Of a stretch of DNA of 64,000 nt, positions 47,239 to 61,974 are shown piece after piece. The notes under the pieces are model-generated. The model saw only the letters and a program-made list of their open reading frames with translations. It did no database searches and was not told where the DNA came from. Numbering within the stretch: the first letter of the stretch is position 1; each line of letters begins with the position of its first letter. Source of the stretch: Basidiobolus meristosporus CBS 931.73 (taxonomy: Eukaryota; Fungi; Basidiobolomycota); assembly GCA_002104905.1 (NCBI GenBank), contig MCFE01000044.1, positions 62,001-126,000 on the forward strand. The letters run 5' to 3'. The position numbers and the translations under genes are program-made.

Positions 47239-48231
47239 ATGCATCCCAAGAATTCCAAATACGCCATACCGTACATTCGGGCCCCGGCCAGCCTCTCCTC
47301 CGACGAGAAGCAAGCCCTTTTAGACAACCTTGACCTTGAGGGTAACCGGTCTTTTTTCCACCCCCACTTTTTCTTGCTTCCAAAGTGAATAACCTGAGTT
47401 TGTGCCAACCAGTCCAGGATAGACAGAGAAAACTGCGCACGACCAAGGATCATCTGAGCGCGTATCTTAACTTCTGGGGGGACCTGGAGCTCAACAAAAT
47501 CCCCAAGGCGATCAGGGCTCTCACCATGAAGGAGTTCACCGAGACGTACCACTGTAACGCCAAAGAGTTCTTTGACCGCCAGGCCGCCCTCGAAGTTGAG
47601 AAGTACTCCCTGCCGGCCGCTCCCGACGTTTCTAAGAAAGGGTTGGTATTCGGGTTACTGGTTTGGATTATTCCCCCCCCCCCTCACTGACTGGTTCGTT
47701 TGAAACGTAGTAGGAAACGGTTACGCGGAAACCAAGCGAAAGAGGACTCCAAGAAGCACAAACGGAACCTCACCGATCCTGATACCAAGAGCGCAGCACC
47801 TACCCGTACGTTACGCTCCCGTCTAAAGGTAAGCCATGGTCCAAAAGTCCAAGTCCGGTCCAGAAGATGCTAATGCGATTCTGCAGGAGCAATCGGACGA
47901 GAATCCCAAGCGCAAGATGTCCCTTGCACAGCGAGCCACCCGCTCACAACGTCTAGTGCAGAGAAAGTCGGTGCGCTTGAGTACCTACTCAAGGGGTAAC
48001 GGAGCCCCCTCCAAGGATGACCCGGAAGAGAAACGGATTCCCCAGACCGAATTCAACTTCAACCCACCTTTGATTCAAGTCCCGCTATCGTCTGGAGAGG
48101 TATTGGAGCTTGATCCGGCCCAGTCCCCCTCCACCGTGAAGAACTTGGATGATGCGGCCAAGAAGAAATTATACAGTAGTATCTCAACTTTACAGAGTCA
48201 ACTGAACAGGTTCATGTCGGCCATGAACTAA
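47239..48231 (+). CDS. Borealin/Nbl1 chromosomal passenger complex subunit; exons ~47239-47341, 47413-47641, 47711-47828, 47887-48231
   Basis: EKQALLDNLDLEVQDRQRKLR...LNKIPKAIRALTMKEF is Nbl1/Borealin N-domain-like, followed by a basic linker and a conserved-looking C-terminal domain. Confidence 0.8.
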
Positions 48232-48706
48232 GTTGATTAATCCTCCCGCAACACCCAATATGCTATACACACCCACCCGGCTGTGGCTTCCATATGCTAT
48301 ATGCGATCGAAGAGAACCACCATCTGCCCCCGTTATCCCATGTCATCTGGCACCTCTTATTCGTTGTATTATCTTGAATACTCCCAACCGTCTGTCTTCT
48401 ACTTTTCTCTTCGATATCCTGTAAATACATCGTCGATTATTATCACCACCAATCAAGCTCCCCATTGGTTGTTTATCGGTCTCATCATAATATATGATAA
48501 ATCTGGGAACTCCGCATGTGACCCCAAGGAAAAGAGAGAAGTTATATAGGTTTCAGTGGGGGCAACTCGCCGACCCTGATGAAACCCATTTTCGCGATCT
48601 CAGTCCAAGAAATAATTATCTTTTATTGTTCTAAGAATGCAGAAGAATTCAAGTCGTTTTCAGGATTTTCATCAAAACCCTACTCCAAAACGGGGATTCA
48701 AAGAGT

Positions 48707-51620
<2,914 letters not shown>

Positions 51621-52523
51621 CTCGGTTGATAAAGTTACTGTATGCCTCACGTAACAGCAGCAGCTGAACTGGCGAAAATAAAAGAAGCTATCGATCTGGT
51701 GACGGAAACCCAACTACATAAATGGCAACCCCATGTCAAAAGAATTGGGTGGAATCAACAAACTCGCGAGGTGTTGGACTATTTTCGAGGATTAAACCCA
51801 CCGAGGTGGTGATTATATGTGCAGGCACTCAACCATTGGACAGTTTTTGTCATTTCAACAATGCTTCATCAACTTGGTATTCAATTTGGTTCAAGTCGTT
51901 AAACGATGGGTGATTGGTCGGAAGATGGGATCAGAATCGACCGCTGGATTTGGCAGTATTTTATTTGGATCAGCATCATGTCACAGACAAGAATCAAGTA
52001 TAAGCCCCTCATCCTCTACGCTCAGCACAATAAGATAACAATGCATAAAATTAAATAAGCTCCTGTTGGAGGGATTACCTGATGCGTCCAATATAGATCC
52101 CAGGTATTGTTTGAGGTGCCTGGTGCTTGGTGCTTGGTTCTTGGTGTTTAATCAATATTCTGCCCTGTGATGTCGGGTATTAAAATGTACCTGTACGTTG
52201 ACTGGGTTGCATCCAGATATTCCCACCTCTTCTCGATAATTTCTTTTTTACAGATAAGATCCTACTGCTGAAGGCCCAGCTTGATCATTGCCCTTTAGCT
52301 TATTTTCCTCGGGTCTGGTTTACCTCTTTGATAGCTTCTTTGTTAACGAACTCCATCGCTCTATCTCTATCTAATCGAGGACCCGGTCGTTACCTTTCCC
52401 TCTACGCTTCCTTGGTAGAGAGTTTCTTCCAGCTCCCAGACGCTATTTACTATTTATTCCGATACCCTAATACGCTGAAAAGCCAGCGTTCATATTAAAA
52501 CGTTCACCTAAACAGCACATAAC

Positions 52524-53871
52524 ATGAAGGTATCTACCCACTATGCAGACCCACCCTTGACATCGCTTCTCTCATGTTGTGTGAAGCAAGCACATATTGC
52601 AACCAGCGTACTGACCATTTCTTGCCTTCTGGTCAAATAGCAACAACGGAGGTTCAGTACCGCCAAACTCACCCTCATACTAGTTTTCATCGAGGCCCTG
52701 TTGGTAATATTCTTCGAGTCCTTCATCACTTACAACGCAAAAACCTCAGGATGGGAGAAGGGTAGCGACATTATGAGAGTGAAAATCGACAGCTTGTTTG
52801 TGTATTTCATTATTTTTATCAGCTCCCAAATCTTCCAAGTGGTGCTTATATGGGATGCGGTAACTAAGAATACTCTATGCTACGGTCGACTCCAGGGGCT
52901 CTTCGAGTACTCATATTCTTTTCGCTATAGTTGCGCTTTCAAAATACCATTCAAATCATCGGATTTTTGGTATTTCACTTCTGCTGCTTTGGATACTCCA
53001 TCATCCAATGGTTCCAGCTATCCTCTTTTCTGAGCACCTTCAAAGTCAACAATGTCCCCAAGAGCCTCGTCCTCTTTCCCATCATCATTGCTGGCGTCGT
53101 CCTGCTTTTCCAAATCATCTTCATGATACTCAGTTGGAAGCTCTACCAAGAGTTTGGCTGGAAGATATACAAGCGGATTGGGGCCGATCTGCGGATGAAA
53201 GGTACAGTACAAGGCACGGCAATTCAACCGGGCAAGAGCTAACCGATTCATAGAGAGGTTCCGCGCATATCAGATTTTCCTGCTGCTCATAAAGATGGAT
53301 GTCTTCTTCTTTCTGGGATTCTGCGTGCAGTTCCTGGTACTCGTCCTGCGTGGATCCGATGTTGAGATCCCACTCACGATAGCAGCACTTCCTTTGATGG
53401 TTCTCACCTTGGTACTGGCCATCTATGGGATGAGGAGAGAGAACAAGATCATGGTGAAGATCTTCTTGTTTGGCCTGTTCTGTGGCGCCGGCTACTTCGC
53501 CTTCAAAATCATCAAGATGTGGATTCAGAGACATGACGACAAGTATCAGAATGTGATCATCTTTCTGTCGTTCTTTGGTATGACTCAGTCGCATACATAG
53601 GCGTGGCATGGACGTCCGCACTAACAATTGACCCCCCATCCATGTAGCCGCGCTCTCACTGATCATGATTCTGCTCACAATCATTCAAACCTGGGTGTGT
53701 TACCAGAACTTTGGGAAGGGGTTGAAAGTATACAGTTAGTAGCCAGTTACAACCGGACTGAACATCGCTGCAGCCACTGACTAATGAATCTGTTTAGTAC
53801 AATCGTCGCCTCATGGGATTGCACATGCACAGCAGGCTGGTGAGCGCTATATGACACTAGAGGATGACTAA
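52524..53871 (+). CDS. Multi-pass membrane protein, UPF0658 Golgi membrane protein-like; 5' exon uncertain
   Basis: VYFIIFISSQIFQVVLIWDA|LRFQNTIQIIG, KLYQEFGWKIYKRIGAD, YQIFLLLIKMDVFFF, NFGKGLK, C-terminal ERYMTLEDD; several GT-AG introns. Confidence 0.8.
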
Positions 53872-53910
53872 TCTGTGAGCGCTATTTGACACTAGAGGAT
53901 GGCTAATCTC
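53841..53910 (+). repeat. 35-bp tandem duplication spanning the stop codon
   Basis: TGAGCGCTATATGACACTAGAGGATGACTAATCTG / TGAGCGCTATTTGACACTAGAGGATGGCTAATCTC (3 mismatches). Confidence 0.9.
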
Positions 53911-54212
53911 GGAGTTTGATTATTCTGAACGATTGTCTGATAATATCTGTTTACTTGGTTCCTATATCCACTCATCCATCCAACCCCCTCGTGTATTTTA
54001 TCTCCCTGCCCGCCTTTTGCTTCAATATAATCCTGGCATTTAGACTGCGCCACCTCCCGTGACACACTTCCTATTTATATTCCCCATCCCCGCATGATCA
54101 AAGGGCAGCCATTGGCACGACTGAAATAGCGGGTTTGCCAAAAAAGTCTATTGAGCGAGATTAGAGGGGACAAGGAGGGTGGGACAGGCAGCGGGTACAG
54201 GCAGCGGGTTGA

Positions 54213-55189
54213 CTAATGGGAGAATAGCTTTTTGAAACTCTTCAGGAAGCTTCGCTTTTTTGGAAGCTTTTTTTCACGGACCGCTAGGTGACTGTTCAGG
54301 GTGTAATTTGTGGAATAGGTGCTATTGGTCGGTGTGTAGAGGCTCTCGTCGTCACACTTTCCTCTAGTCACCTGTAGCACCAGTTGTCCAAAATGCTCTC
54401 CCTGTAAGCGGGCGATTTCCCGCTCTTTTTGGGAGGCGGGCCTTGACCCGTCCCCGTTGGTGATGGTACCGGCGCCCCACGGGCTCCCACCTATCACTTC
54501 GGTGTTGTCGGTGAGATGTGGTGAGGTGAAACCAAGCGGAACATAGATCATCCCGTGGTGGGTTAGATTGGTAATGAATGTGTACCCTGTTGTTTCATGG
54601 CCACCTCGCTGACAAGAGGTCGAGAAGAAAGTTCCGGCCAATTTGTGATGTAAAGCACCGCTACGTATTTTAAAGCGTAAGTTTTGTGTGATGTGCCATA
54701 GTATCATAATGTCCCTACTCGGTCCACAGTGGGAGCGTCGTCTCCCAAAACGCATGGTATTGCGAAGGCATGGCCCCGTAGCGTGTACTACAACAAAGGC
54801 CATCGTCAGTAAATGAAATGCGACCAGAGGGGTAGGAAAAGCCCACTCACGGGATACCAAATAATATTCCATCTGCTTCTTGTAGCTTCTCTAATGTAAT
54901 GATGGGGACGTTCGGCTTCGGTGGGGCCCCTATGCTCTGAAGAACTTTCAAGGTCTATTAGTCGGCGTCCATTGGGATTGTATCAGATGCGGCCTCTCTC
55001 ACCCTCTTCAGGTATTGTCTCTGGGATCTGGTACATCTCTACGGTGAGGTTCGGGTTTTTCTCCAGTCCGAGTTGGACTTCTTTAGCTAGCTGATACACA
55101 TGGCCGTACAGTGTGTAGAAAATCACCAATACTTTCGCTCGGTGAGTCGCAGCATGAATTTGGATAGGTGGTATTGACTGCATAGACAT
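54213..55189 (-). CDS. Flavodoxin-like NAD(P)H:quinone oxidoreductase (WrbA/Pst2/Ycp4 family), 4 exons
   Basis: KVLVIFYTLYGHVYQLAKEV, ADGILFGIPTRYGAM, GGHETT, HHGMIYVPLG, GGSPWGAGT, DGSRPAS..E. Confidence 0.92.
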
Positions 55190-56698
55190 CACGATGAAAA
55201 CGCAGGCTACGTTTCCCAGCTAACCCTTTATAACATACACGCACATACAGGCTCTACGGTGAATGGTAACTAAAGGAGGCCTTGGTCGCACCCCGTGTAA
55301 CTTTGAAAAAAATGCATCTCTTTCGGTCTTAAAACTCATGAAGATTTTGGGCACGGTTTCATGGTATTTGTTACCTAGGGCTCTCATGCTGCTATTCCCT
55401 TGGTGTGATGGTATCACGAATTTATTGTGCATTTAAATCTGATCGCAGGAGCGTAGGTTGCATCACCTGGACAACATATTGGGATAATGGCCGACGTCTA
55501 TATTATTAACCTGAGATCGTGGACACGAATTCAACAACAAATCACACGCCTGCCCTGGCTCCAGCGGTGCTCTTCCCAAATCACTCAGGGTTGGGATGCA
55601 AGATTTATCGCCCTAATCGATGAGTTTGGCTGTTTCAGTGAGTGACTTGGCTAAGCAGAGCAGGGCCAATGGACTTCTTATCGGTGTTTGATTTCTTCAG
55701 ATCGATAGGTCGCTTCACGAGATGAGACATGATGCGATGTGACTACGCTGACATACAATCCGAACTATTCCACACAACCTGCCAATTAATACATGTGGGT
55801 ACAGGAGTCATCGACCCCTGGACACGAGATAATGCTGCAACTAAGCCACTGGACAGCCACAAGCTTGATGATTAGGTCAAGAAAATTCGCCATTGTGGGA
55901 TTGCGTGTGGTGAGTTTATCTACGGAAGTGACGTTGCATGATAGATAAAGGAATCATCGAACTCTACTAAAAGCATACCCCTTACCAATGTCGGGTCAGC
56001 GGGTTTGAGCATTGGTTGGCCATATATCAGCGGTCATCATGAAGTGGATCATTTCCGCGCTGGAGTTCCGATGGAAGTTCGACTTGGGCGGATAACAGTT
56101 GATATTCTTATGACGAATAGGAATGGATCAAGCATTATTAATAACAAACACAAGCAACCTGTCATTTCACGTGGATTTGGTGGGCTGATCTCTTGGATAG
56201 CCAAGCCATTAGGAGTGAGGAGGTAGTATGTTGCAAGCTACGGATACAGTGAGATAGGCATGAGGTAAATACTACGATGAGAGTGGGCCAGAAATCATGT
56301 TCATTGACTATTGATTCGTGGAAAAGCAGCGGACAATATGGGAGCTGCAGTGTTATTCTCACAGTCGCATCATTTCCAACATCAGAAACATCAGGTTACT
56401 TCATGCCCTTCCTTGAAATTGCGGCTGAAGCGCTTCCCTTTTAACCATTACACTTGCAACTCTGACTCTAGAACCGATTGTTATTACCCACCACCCCAAC
56501 GTAGTTCGTCACAACTCTCTATCTGATAAGCGTACCACAACTCGTTAAATTCCTGGATTTTTCAAGTTGTCTTCTCAAGCTCCTTCTCGAGTTGTTAGAA
56601 AAGCAGATAATGGTATAACCTCCAAACGCATATCTAGCGAGAGAATAACCCCAAAAGTAGACACCTTGCCACTTGATGAGCATAAAGGGCTTCCTTGT

Positions 56699-59600
56699 AT
56701 GACGAAAACAAACAAAACGACGAAGCCTCAGCAGCCTTTCGACGAGGCGACCACCTCGGCCAAGCGCATGAAGGCAGAACCTAGATACTTTAGGTAGTCA
56801 CCAGCCTTCCATACAGCCAGTACTATCTATGCTAATTGTTGCTTGCCACAGAGACCCTACTTCTTTACATAGTATCAGCTCCGTGCTACATGGAATATCA
56901 TCATATGTAGCCCATAGTCTTCCAGAGTCGCTCTCGCGAGTTAAAAGGACTTCACTTGGAGTTGATACGCCCTGCAACGCTGTGAGGGGAGCACATGGAG
57001 AAAGTGGAACGCTAACTCCTGAACGTAAAAAGGTTGTTGCATATGCCTCATTCAACTGGATCACTGGCTATTTTAGCCATGATGGAGCTGATTCTGGCCC
57101 TCAAAGGTAGTCATCTTCTAATACACAAGTGCTTGTGAATGGATCCTTATTGATCAATTTTCAGGAAACCGTGCTTGCTATTGGGATACAACGACGGGTT
57201 TCAGATCTGGGACTTGTCTGACACTGACAATATATGTGAGATGGCCTCCGTCCGCAGCAATACAGAGATAAGGTCGATTGAGGTAGGTTCGATACTGTAG
57301 AGATGGATGCGGAGTATACTCTTATGCTTTGATAGGCACTTCCCAACCCCAACCTACCTGGAGTTGACGAGCTTCAAGACCATAGAGCGCTGCTAGCATT
57401 TGTGTACGTTCGATACCTTAATTGGCACATCGACCCAAACTAACCGATTCGTTAACCCCGAAGGGCCGAGAGGAGAGAGGAGCAGCAGGAGATGGGGTCG
57501 AGGCTGAATATTTTCTCCATGAGAAATCACAAAATCGTGAAGACATTAGAGTATGCTGATGAAGAAATCTCCGGTGTCAAAGCAAATGAGCGGGTGGTCC
57601 TTGTGGTGCGTATGTGCTTATGTTTTCCATTCAAGATAACATGCTAATTCCACCTTCGCAGTTGGTGAAGCATAAGGCTATTGATGTACTCTCCCCACTG
57701 TCCCTCGGACGGGTTGCTCGGCTCACTGACATCTTTTGTCATCCAATCACCGGCTCTCCAGTGTTGACGTTAGGGCATCGGCTGATGGCCTATGGCACTT
57801 CGCATCCGCCGCCAGTGAGCTCTAGAGCTTTGCCCTCCGATGCTCAGGTCCAGAGCTTCAATGTTGAGCGTGTAGCAAAGGAAATGATGAATGGCGTGAA
57901 GACAATTGGTACGGTTTCGTTTCGTTACCTGTCATCAGCAGAGAGAAGGCCTAAATTCTTGTCTAGGGGAGTATGGTTATAAAACACTCTCCAGCTACCT
58001 GGCTATTTCCCCACCTTCGCAGGCAACTTTTTCGAAACATGGTACCTCACCTAAATCGGCCATTTCACTCAGCCCAACTTCTGGCTCTTTCACACCGGAA
58101 GGCAAGCATATCGACAAATCAATACCCGAGGGGATGGTAATGTTCGAGAGTGCATAATCCAGTCGAAGAGCGATGACTAATGCGATCTACACAGATCATT
58201 GTACGAGACATCTTGTCAATCGTAGAATGCAGCAGCAAACAGGCCCCGCCGATTGCGCACTTCCAGGCCCATCACCACGCGGTCGCATCTTTAGCTTTTA
58301 ACGAGAGTGGATCGCTGCTTGTGACTGCATCGATACAAGGGACAGGCTTTCAGGTCTTCGAACTTCACCAAGGCTCAGCAAAGCGATTGTACAAACTGTC
58401 ACGTGGATATACCTCAGCCTATGTGGAGGACATTGTTTTCAGCGCTGATTCAAAGTGGCTGTCGGTCAGTACTGGCCGTGGAACTACTCACATATACGCA
58501 ATCAATCCCTACGGCGGACCACCCAACGTTCTATCACACGTTAAGAGGCGGATCGAGAACGAACGCACCCAGCACAACCGTTCCAGTGAGGAACCAACTT
58601 ACACCTCACTCTCTTCAATCGTCCGGATCAAACAGAAACATACGGAGATAGACGCGGTCGAAATCGATATCTCTCCGAGCGGCTCGCCCCGCAAGAGTTC
58701 AGGATCACCCGTCGAATCCTCGCTTCAGCAACAGATCCACACTTCTCCAATCACTCTGTTCATCAACCTTAATGGCCATCAGGACATTTTTACATTCAAC
58801 AAAAATGGAACACTGACTCTGCATCGCTTGGACTGCTCTGCTGTGGCGTTGAGAAAAAAGAAGCAGGGTAGGTATGGATGAAATGTTGTATACGGGCATT
58901 TGTTGAACGGTCTCTGACTTACAGGCGTGACCATCAATACATTCGAGCTGAGTGTTGCCGGCGAAGATGTTGCTGAATGGAACCTATTCCGAGGCAATGA
59001 CTGGCCCACCGTTTCCAGCGTGGTGAAGGTACGCACAGCTCGATTATTGTACCACTTCTACATCCTGCTGATTCTCTCCACCCCATTGCAACAGAACGCA
59101 AGTTGTCCCAAGGAGCCTGAAGCGAAGCAATGGTTGGCACAATCAGAAATCACCACTCACCACATCCATGAAGTGTCCCTGTGGAGTTCCCCCCAATTTG
59201 CCTTTCAAACATATGATCACGAGAGCGTCGGAGCCTACTACAGCCAGCTCTTTCCTCAAGCGAACACCCTCGAATTTCGGAGAGATATGCCAATCCCTTA
59301 TGGAGTGTAAGTGGAGATTCATGGAAAGATCAGCCGTGGCAACCCACTAACCCTTCACAGATACATCCCCAAAAAAGCACAGGATGACGACTTCGCCTCG
59401 GAAAACGAGCTGGAAGGTAAGACCATTTTAGTGCTGGTGACTGCCCTAAGAGACTAACAGCTCGCGCCAGGCGATTTATCCAGTGCCATTGCTGAGGACT
59501 TGATACCGATTTCCACCATCTCCAGCCAGATTCAGATCCCCAACGCAGCCCGCAGTAAAGCTGGTAGGAAAAGGACATCTCTATACCTGTTGCTTTGATA

Positions 59601-60337
59601 TGGTTGTATTGAACCTGGGGCTGATTCTAGAGGATGCGACCTTTGATAGCCTGAACTTTGTCGAGATATCCACATATGATGATACTGAGGAGTGCTCCGT
59701 CCAAGCTTCAATTGAGGATTTGGAGTTTCTTGGATACTTGAATGAGGAGGGTGAAGATATGGAAGCAGAGATAGAGCCAGGTGCCGAGAAAGACCTTGCT
59801 GAAGGCATTGAGGCGATTGACTGCGAGGTAGAAATGTATCCACGCGATAACGGAACTCTTGATGAGGAGGCAAAAATGTGTCTATCTCGGGACGAAGAAA
59901 CCACTCAACTGGAGATTGATTTATCTTCATCTCGTGATATCGAAGTCCCCACCTCAGACATGCTTTCATCTCATGATAGAGAAGTCCCTGACTCCGAGGC
60001 AAATACACCCTCATCTCATGATGCAGATGCGAATCTTTCCGAGCCACAGAAACAGCCACAGAAACGTTCACAGGATGTCGAGACTCCCAGTTCCGAGGTG
60101 GACTTACGCCCTTCTCCCGAAGTAGAAGTTCCCGGTTCCGAGGTAGCAACGCTCCCGTTTCATGATGGAGAGGTACCGGTTCTAGAAACACAGACAGATA
60201 CAGAAACGCTATTATCCAATGATACGATGGTCCCTACTACCGAGATTGAAATCTCACCAGTCCATTCGCATCATGAAGACAAGCCCCCAGAGAGCGCCAA
60301 GAAGCGTAAAGGGAAAGCCAAGAAGGCCAGAAGATAA
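56699..60337 (+). CDS. BCAS3-like WD40/PROPPIN-related protein with long acidic C-terminal tail; many introns; start uncertain
   Basis: LLLGYNDGFQIWDL, LGHRLMAYG, IAHFQAHHHAVASLAFNESGSLLVTAS, LYKLSRGYTSAYV, STGRGTTHIYAINPYGG, WLAQSEITTH...SLWSSPQFAFQTY. Confidence 0.8.
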
Positions 60338-60445
60338 TGCGTATTGTGAATAAAGTAACGATTGAAAAGACCTCTTTATTGAAACGGACCGTACAGACAG
60401 ATGATATAATGGTGGAGGAATAAAGAAATTTATACAACTTGGTGA

Positions 60446-61546
60446 TCACTCGTGATCATCTAACAATCCTTTCTCTTCACCGGTGGAAAACGCTTCATCG
60501 ATTTTCACTGGGTAATAGTTGTGGGATAAGATCTTCTCGTCTCTAATCTCCTCTTCGTCTTGGAGCAGAGCCTCCCTAACCTCCAGATCCATAAGGGCCT
60601 CTCTCTTGGCTCTGAGACGAAGAAGGAAGAGAATGGGGAAAACAATGAACAGCATGATGGAGGATACCATACCTACCCATACCAATGCGAACAACTCAAT
60701 CTCACCAAGGTTATCCGAGGCCCATTCCCCAATCTTCTGGGCCGCCTCATGATACCAACCTTTGAGAGTCTTCGACAACATTGTGGAGATAGCTTTTTGC
60801 TTGCTTGAGGGCGTGCTTCATGTGCTTGTGGCTACCGTGCTTGTGGTTGCATTTGTGGTGATGCTCATGGGAGCGGTTATCCTCGAAATCCCAAAATGGA
60901 ACCCGTTCTTGCTCTTCTTGTGGGAAATAGTACGCCTCGTCCAAGGAGATCTTCTGTGGTGGGAAGATGAGGATTTCACCGGTCTCCGGTAGGTCGATTA
61001 TTACCTGAACAACCTTTTTACCAACCGTATTTTTGTCCAGGATTTGGGTTTGTAAAACCACTCGTGGAAAGAAGATATCTTGCTCCTCGTCGTACTCAAC
61101 ATCGGCCCAACCATACATCTTGACTGGTAGCATCTTTGGTGCAATATTCATCAGCTCAGCCTCAAGCATATCGCCCGCCTCTTGAATATCGGAGGCAAAT
61201 ACGGGGACATTTTCGTAGATTTGGATACCGTCCTCAATTATCTGGCAACCCATTAGCAAGGTGTATGCAAAGAGAGCTATCGGACACTTACCTGTCTTTC
61301 ATCAAGATTGAGGTTCATGGTGAGAACTCTGGGGCGATTAAGTAGCTCCCCACTTTCACTAATAATCTTGTCGACCTGATTGATCGAGATGGCCAAGATC
61401 TTACTCTCAGGGGCGACTTGTAAGCTTTCCACCTGTACATTCAACTCCGGGTCGTCTAAAACGTCCTTCATAACCATTGCGGATGCATTGAGGAGTAGCA
61501 AGAGGGATATAAAGGCTGCAGAGATATGCTTAATTTTGGAGAACAT
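60446..61546 (-). CDS. Uncharacterised signal-peptide, single-pass membrane protein with a His-rich segment; apparent +1 frameshift near 60794-60798
   Basis: Signal peptide MFSKIKHISAAFISLLLLLNASA; intron 61291-61242 (GTAAGT...GCTAAT...CAG); exon 2 frame stops at 60747, while the C-terminal TM segment (60446-60781) is in another frame. Confidence 0.65.
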
Positions 61547-61974
61547 GTTCACCGAATACAGGCACTACTGTTACGAAAAGGATGTTTGGTGATATACAAA
61601 GGAGGTAGGGGAAATAAAGTTTGTTAAAGTATATAATGTCAAGTTAGGCAGAACAAGGTATTTAAATCAAAGAAAACTTGCGTCACCCTGATCATTCCAA
61701 ATTTCATTTCTAATGATGAAATGAGGGCACCCGTGACTTTGTATTCTTCATTGGTTTTACCATATCGAGATCACTGTCTCATTGGTAAGCGACAAGCCAA
61801 TGAAAATCGGTTGGCTTGGCGAGATTTTGGCGATTCTTCCGTCGCTATGCTACAACCAACCCACCCCTATCAGCCTGCCCCTTAATCATCAGCTGTTATA
61901 CGTCAACACTGTGAAATAGAATAGGGATATTTGTTGGTAGAGCAAGAGAATTTATTGCATTGTCACTCAAAACA

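Noticed and set aside
56521-56529. ATCTGATAA between the quinone reductase and BCAS3-like genes as an iron-repressor site
   Set aside because: A single copy with no iron-related gene directly downstream; within chance expectation.
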